This document shows, one piece after another, positions 63,961 to 64,000 of a DNA stretch of 64,000 nt. How positions within the stretch are numbered: position 1 is the stretch's first letter; each line of letters starts with the position of its first letter. Origin of the DNA: an uncultured Nitrospiraceae bacterium (lineage in GTDB: Bacteria > Nitrospirota > Thermodesulfovibrionia > Thermodesulfovibrionales > Dissulfurispiraceae); contig CAVSHF010000005.1 of assembly GCA_963727805.1 (NCBI GenBank), positions 1,024,001-1,088,000 on the forward strand. Direction: 5' to 3'. The notes under the pieces were generated by a model, which did no database searches, was not told the DNA's origin, and worked only from the letters and a program-made list of their open reading frames with translations. Both the position numbers and the translations under genes were made by a program.

Positions 63961-64000
63961 AGCGCGGAAGGAGTATATATTTATTCCTTCCGCGCTTTTT
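63961..64000. terminator. Strong hairpin upstream of dnaJ
   Basis: AGCGCGGAAGGA-N12-TCCTTCCGCGCT-TTTT. Confidence 0.7.

Overview
Bacterial chromosomal window, by gene content and order most like a Nitrospirota (Thermodesulfovibrionia-like) or related anaerobic lineage (inference, not checked by search). 1-14.9 kb is a mosaic accessory region around an initiator tRNA-Met: HDOD protein, aminotransferase, two SDRs, an MCP, a sigma-54 operon (two paralogous small membrane proteins + NrfD + NrfC-like FeS protein + triheme c7 cytochrome) and orphan ORFs. 14.9-27 kb holds rfbB and a type II secretion cluster, followed by a broken PilZ gene and tRNA-Phe. The rest is mostly housekeeping (apgM, fdhD, tatD-radical SAM, hisS, divIVA, yggT, proC, yggS, HK/NtrC pair, dapL, folK, rlmN, leuA, cinA, ligA, tatA, dedA, HARP, lapB, rlmH, rsfS, rsmE, dnaJ). 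Best leads: (1) a 2.5-kb non-autonomous transposon with perfect 24-bp inverted repeats and an 8-bp target duplication, carrying a RES/Xre toxin-antitoxin pair, inserted in a terminator loop; (2) an intact pilB-pilT pair in which both ATPases have degenerate catalytic motifs; (3) the sigma-54 NrfCD/c7 operon with no catalytic subunit; (4) a promoter-driven structured RNA candidate between leuA and cinA; (5) repeated leaderless-type starts and an ATA start for rsfS.
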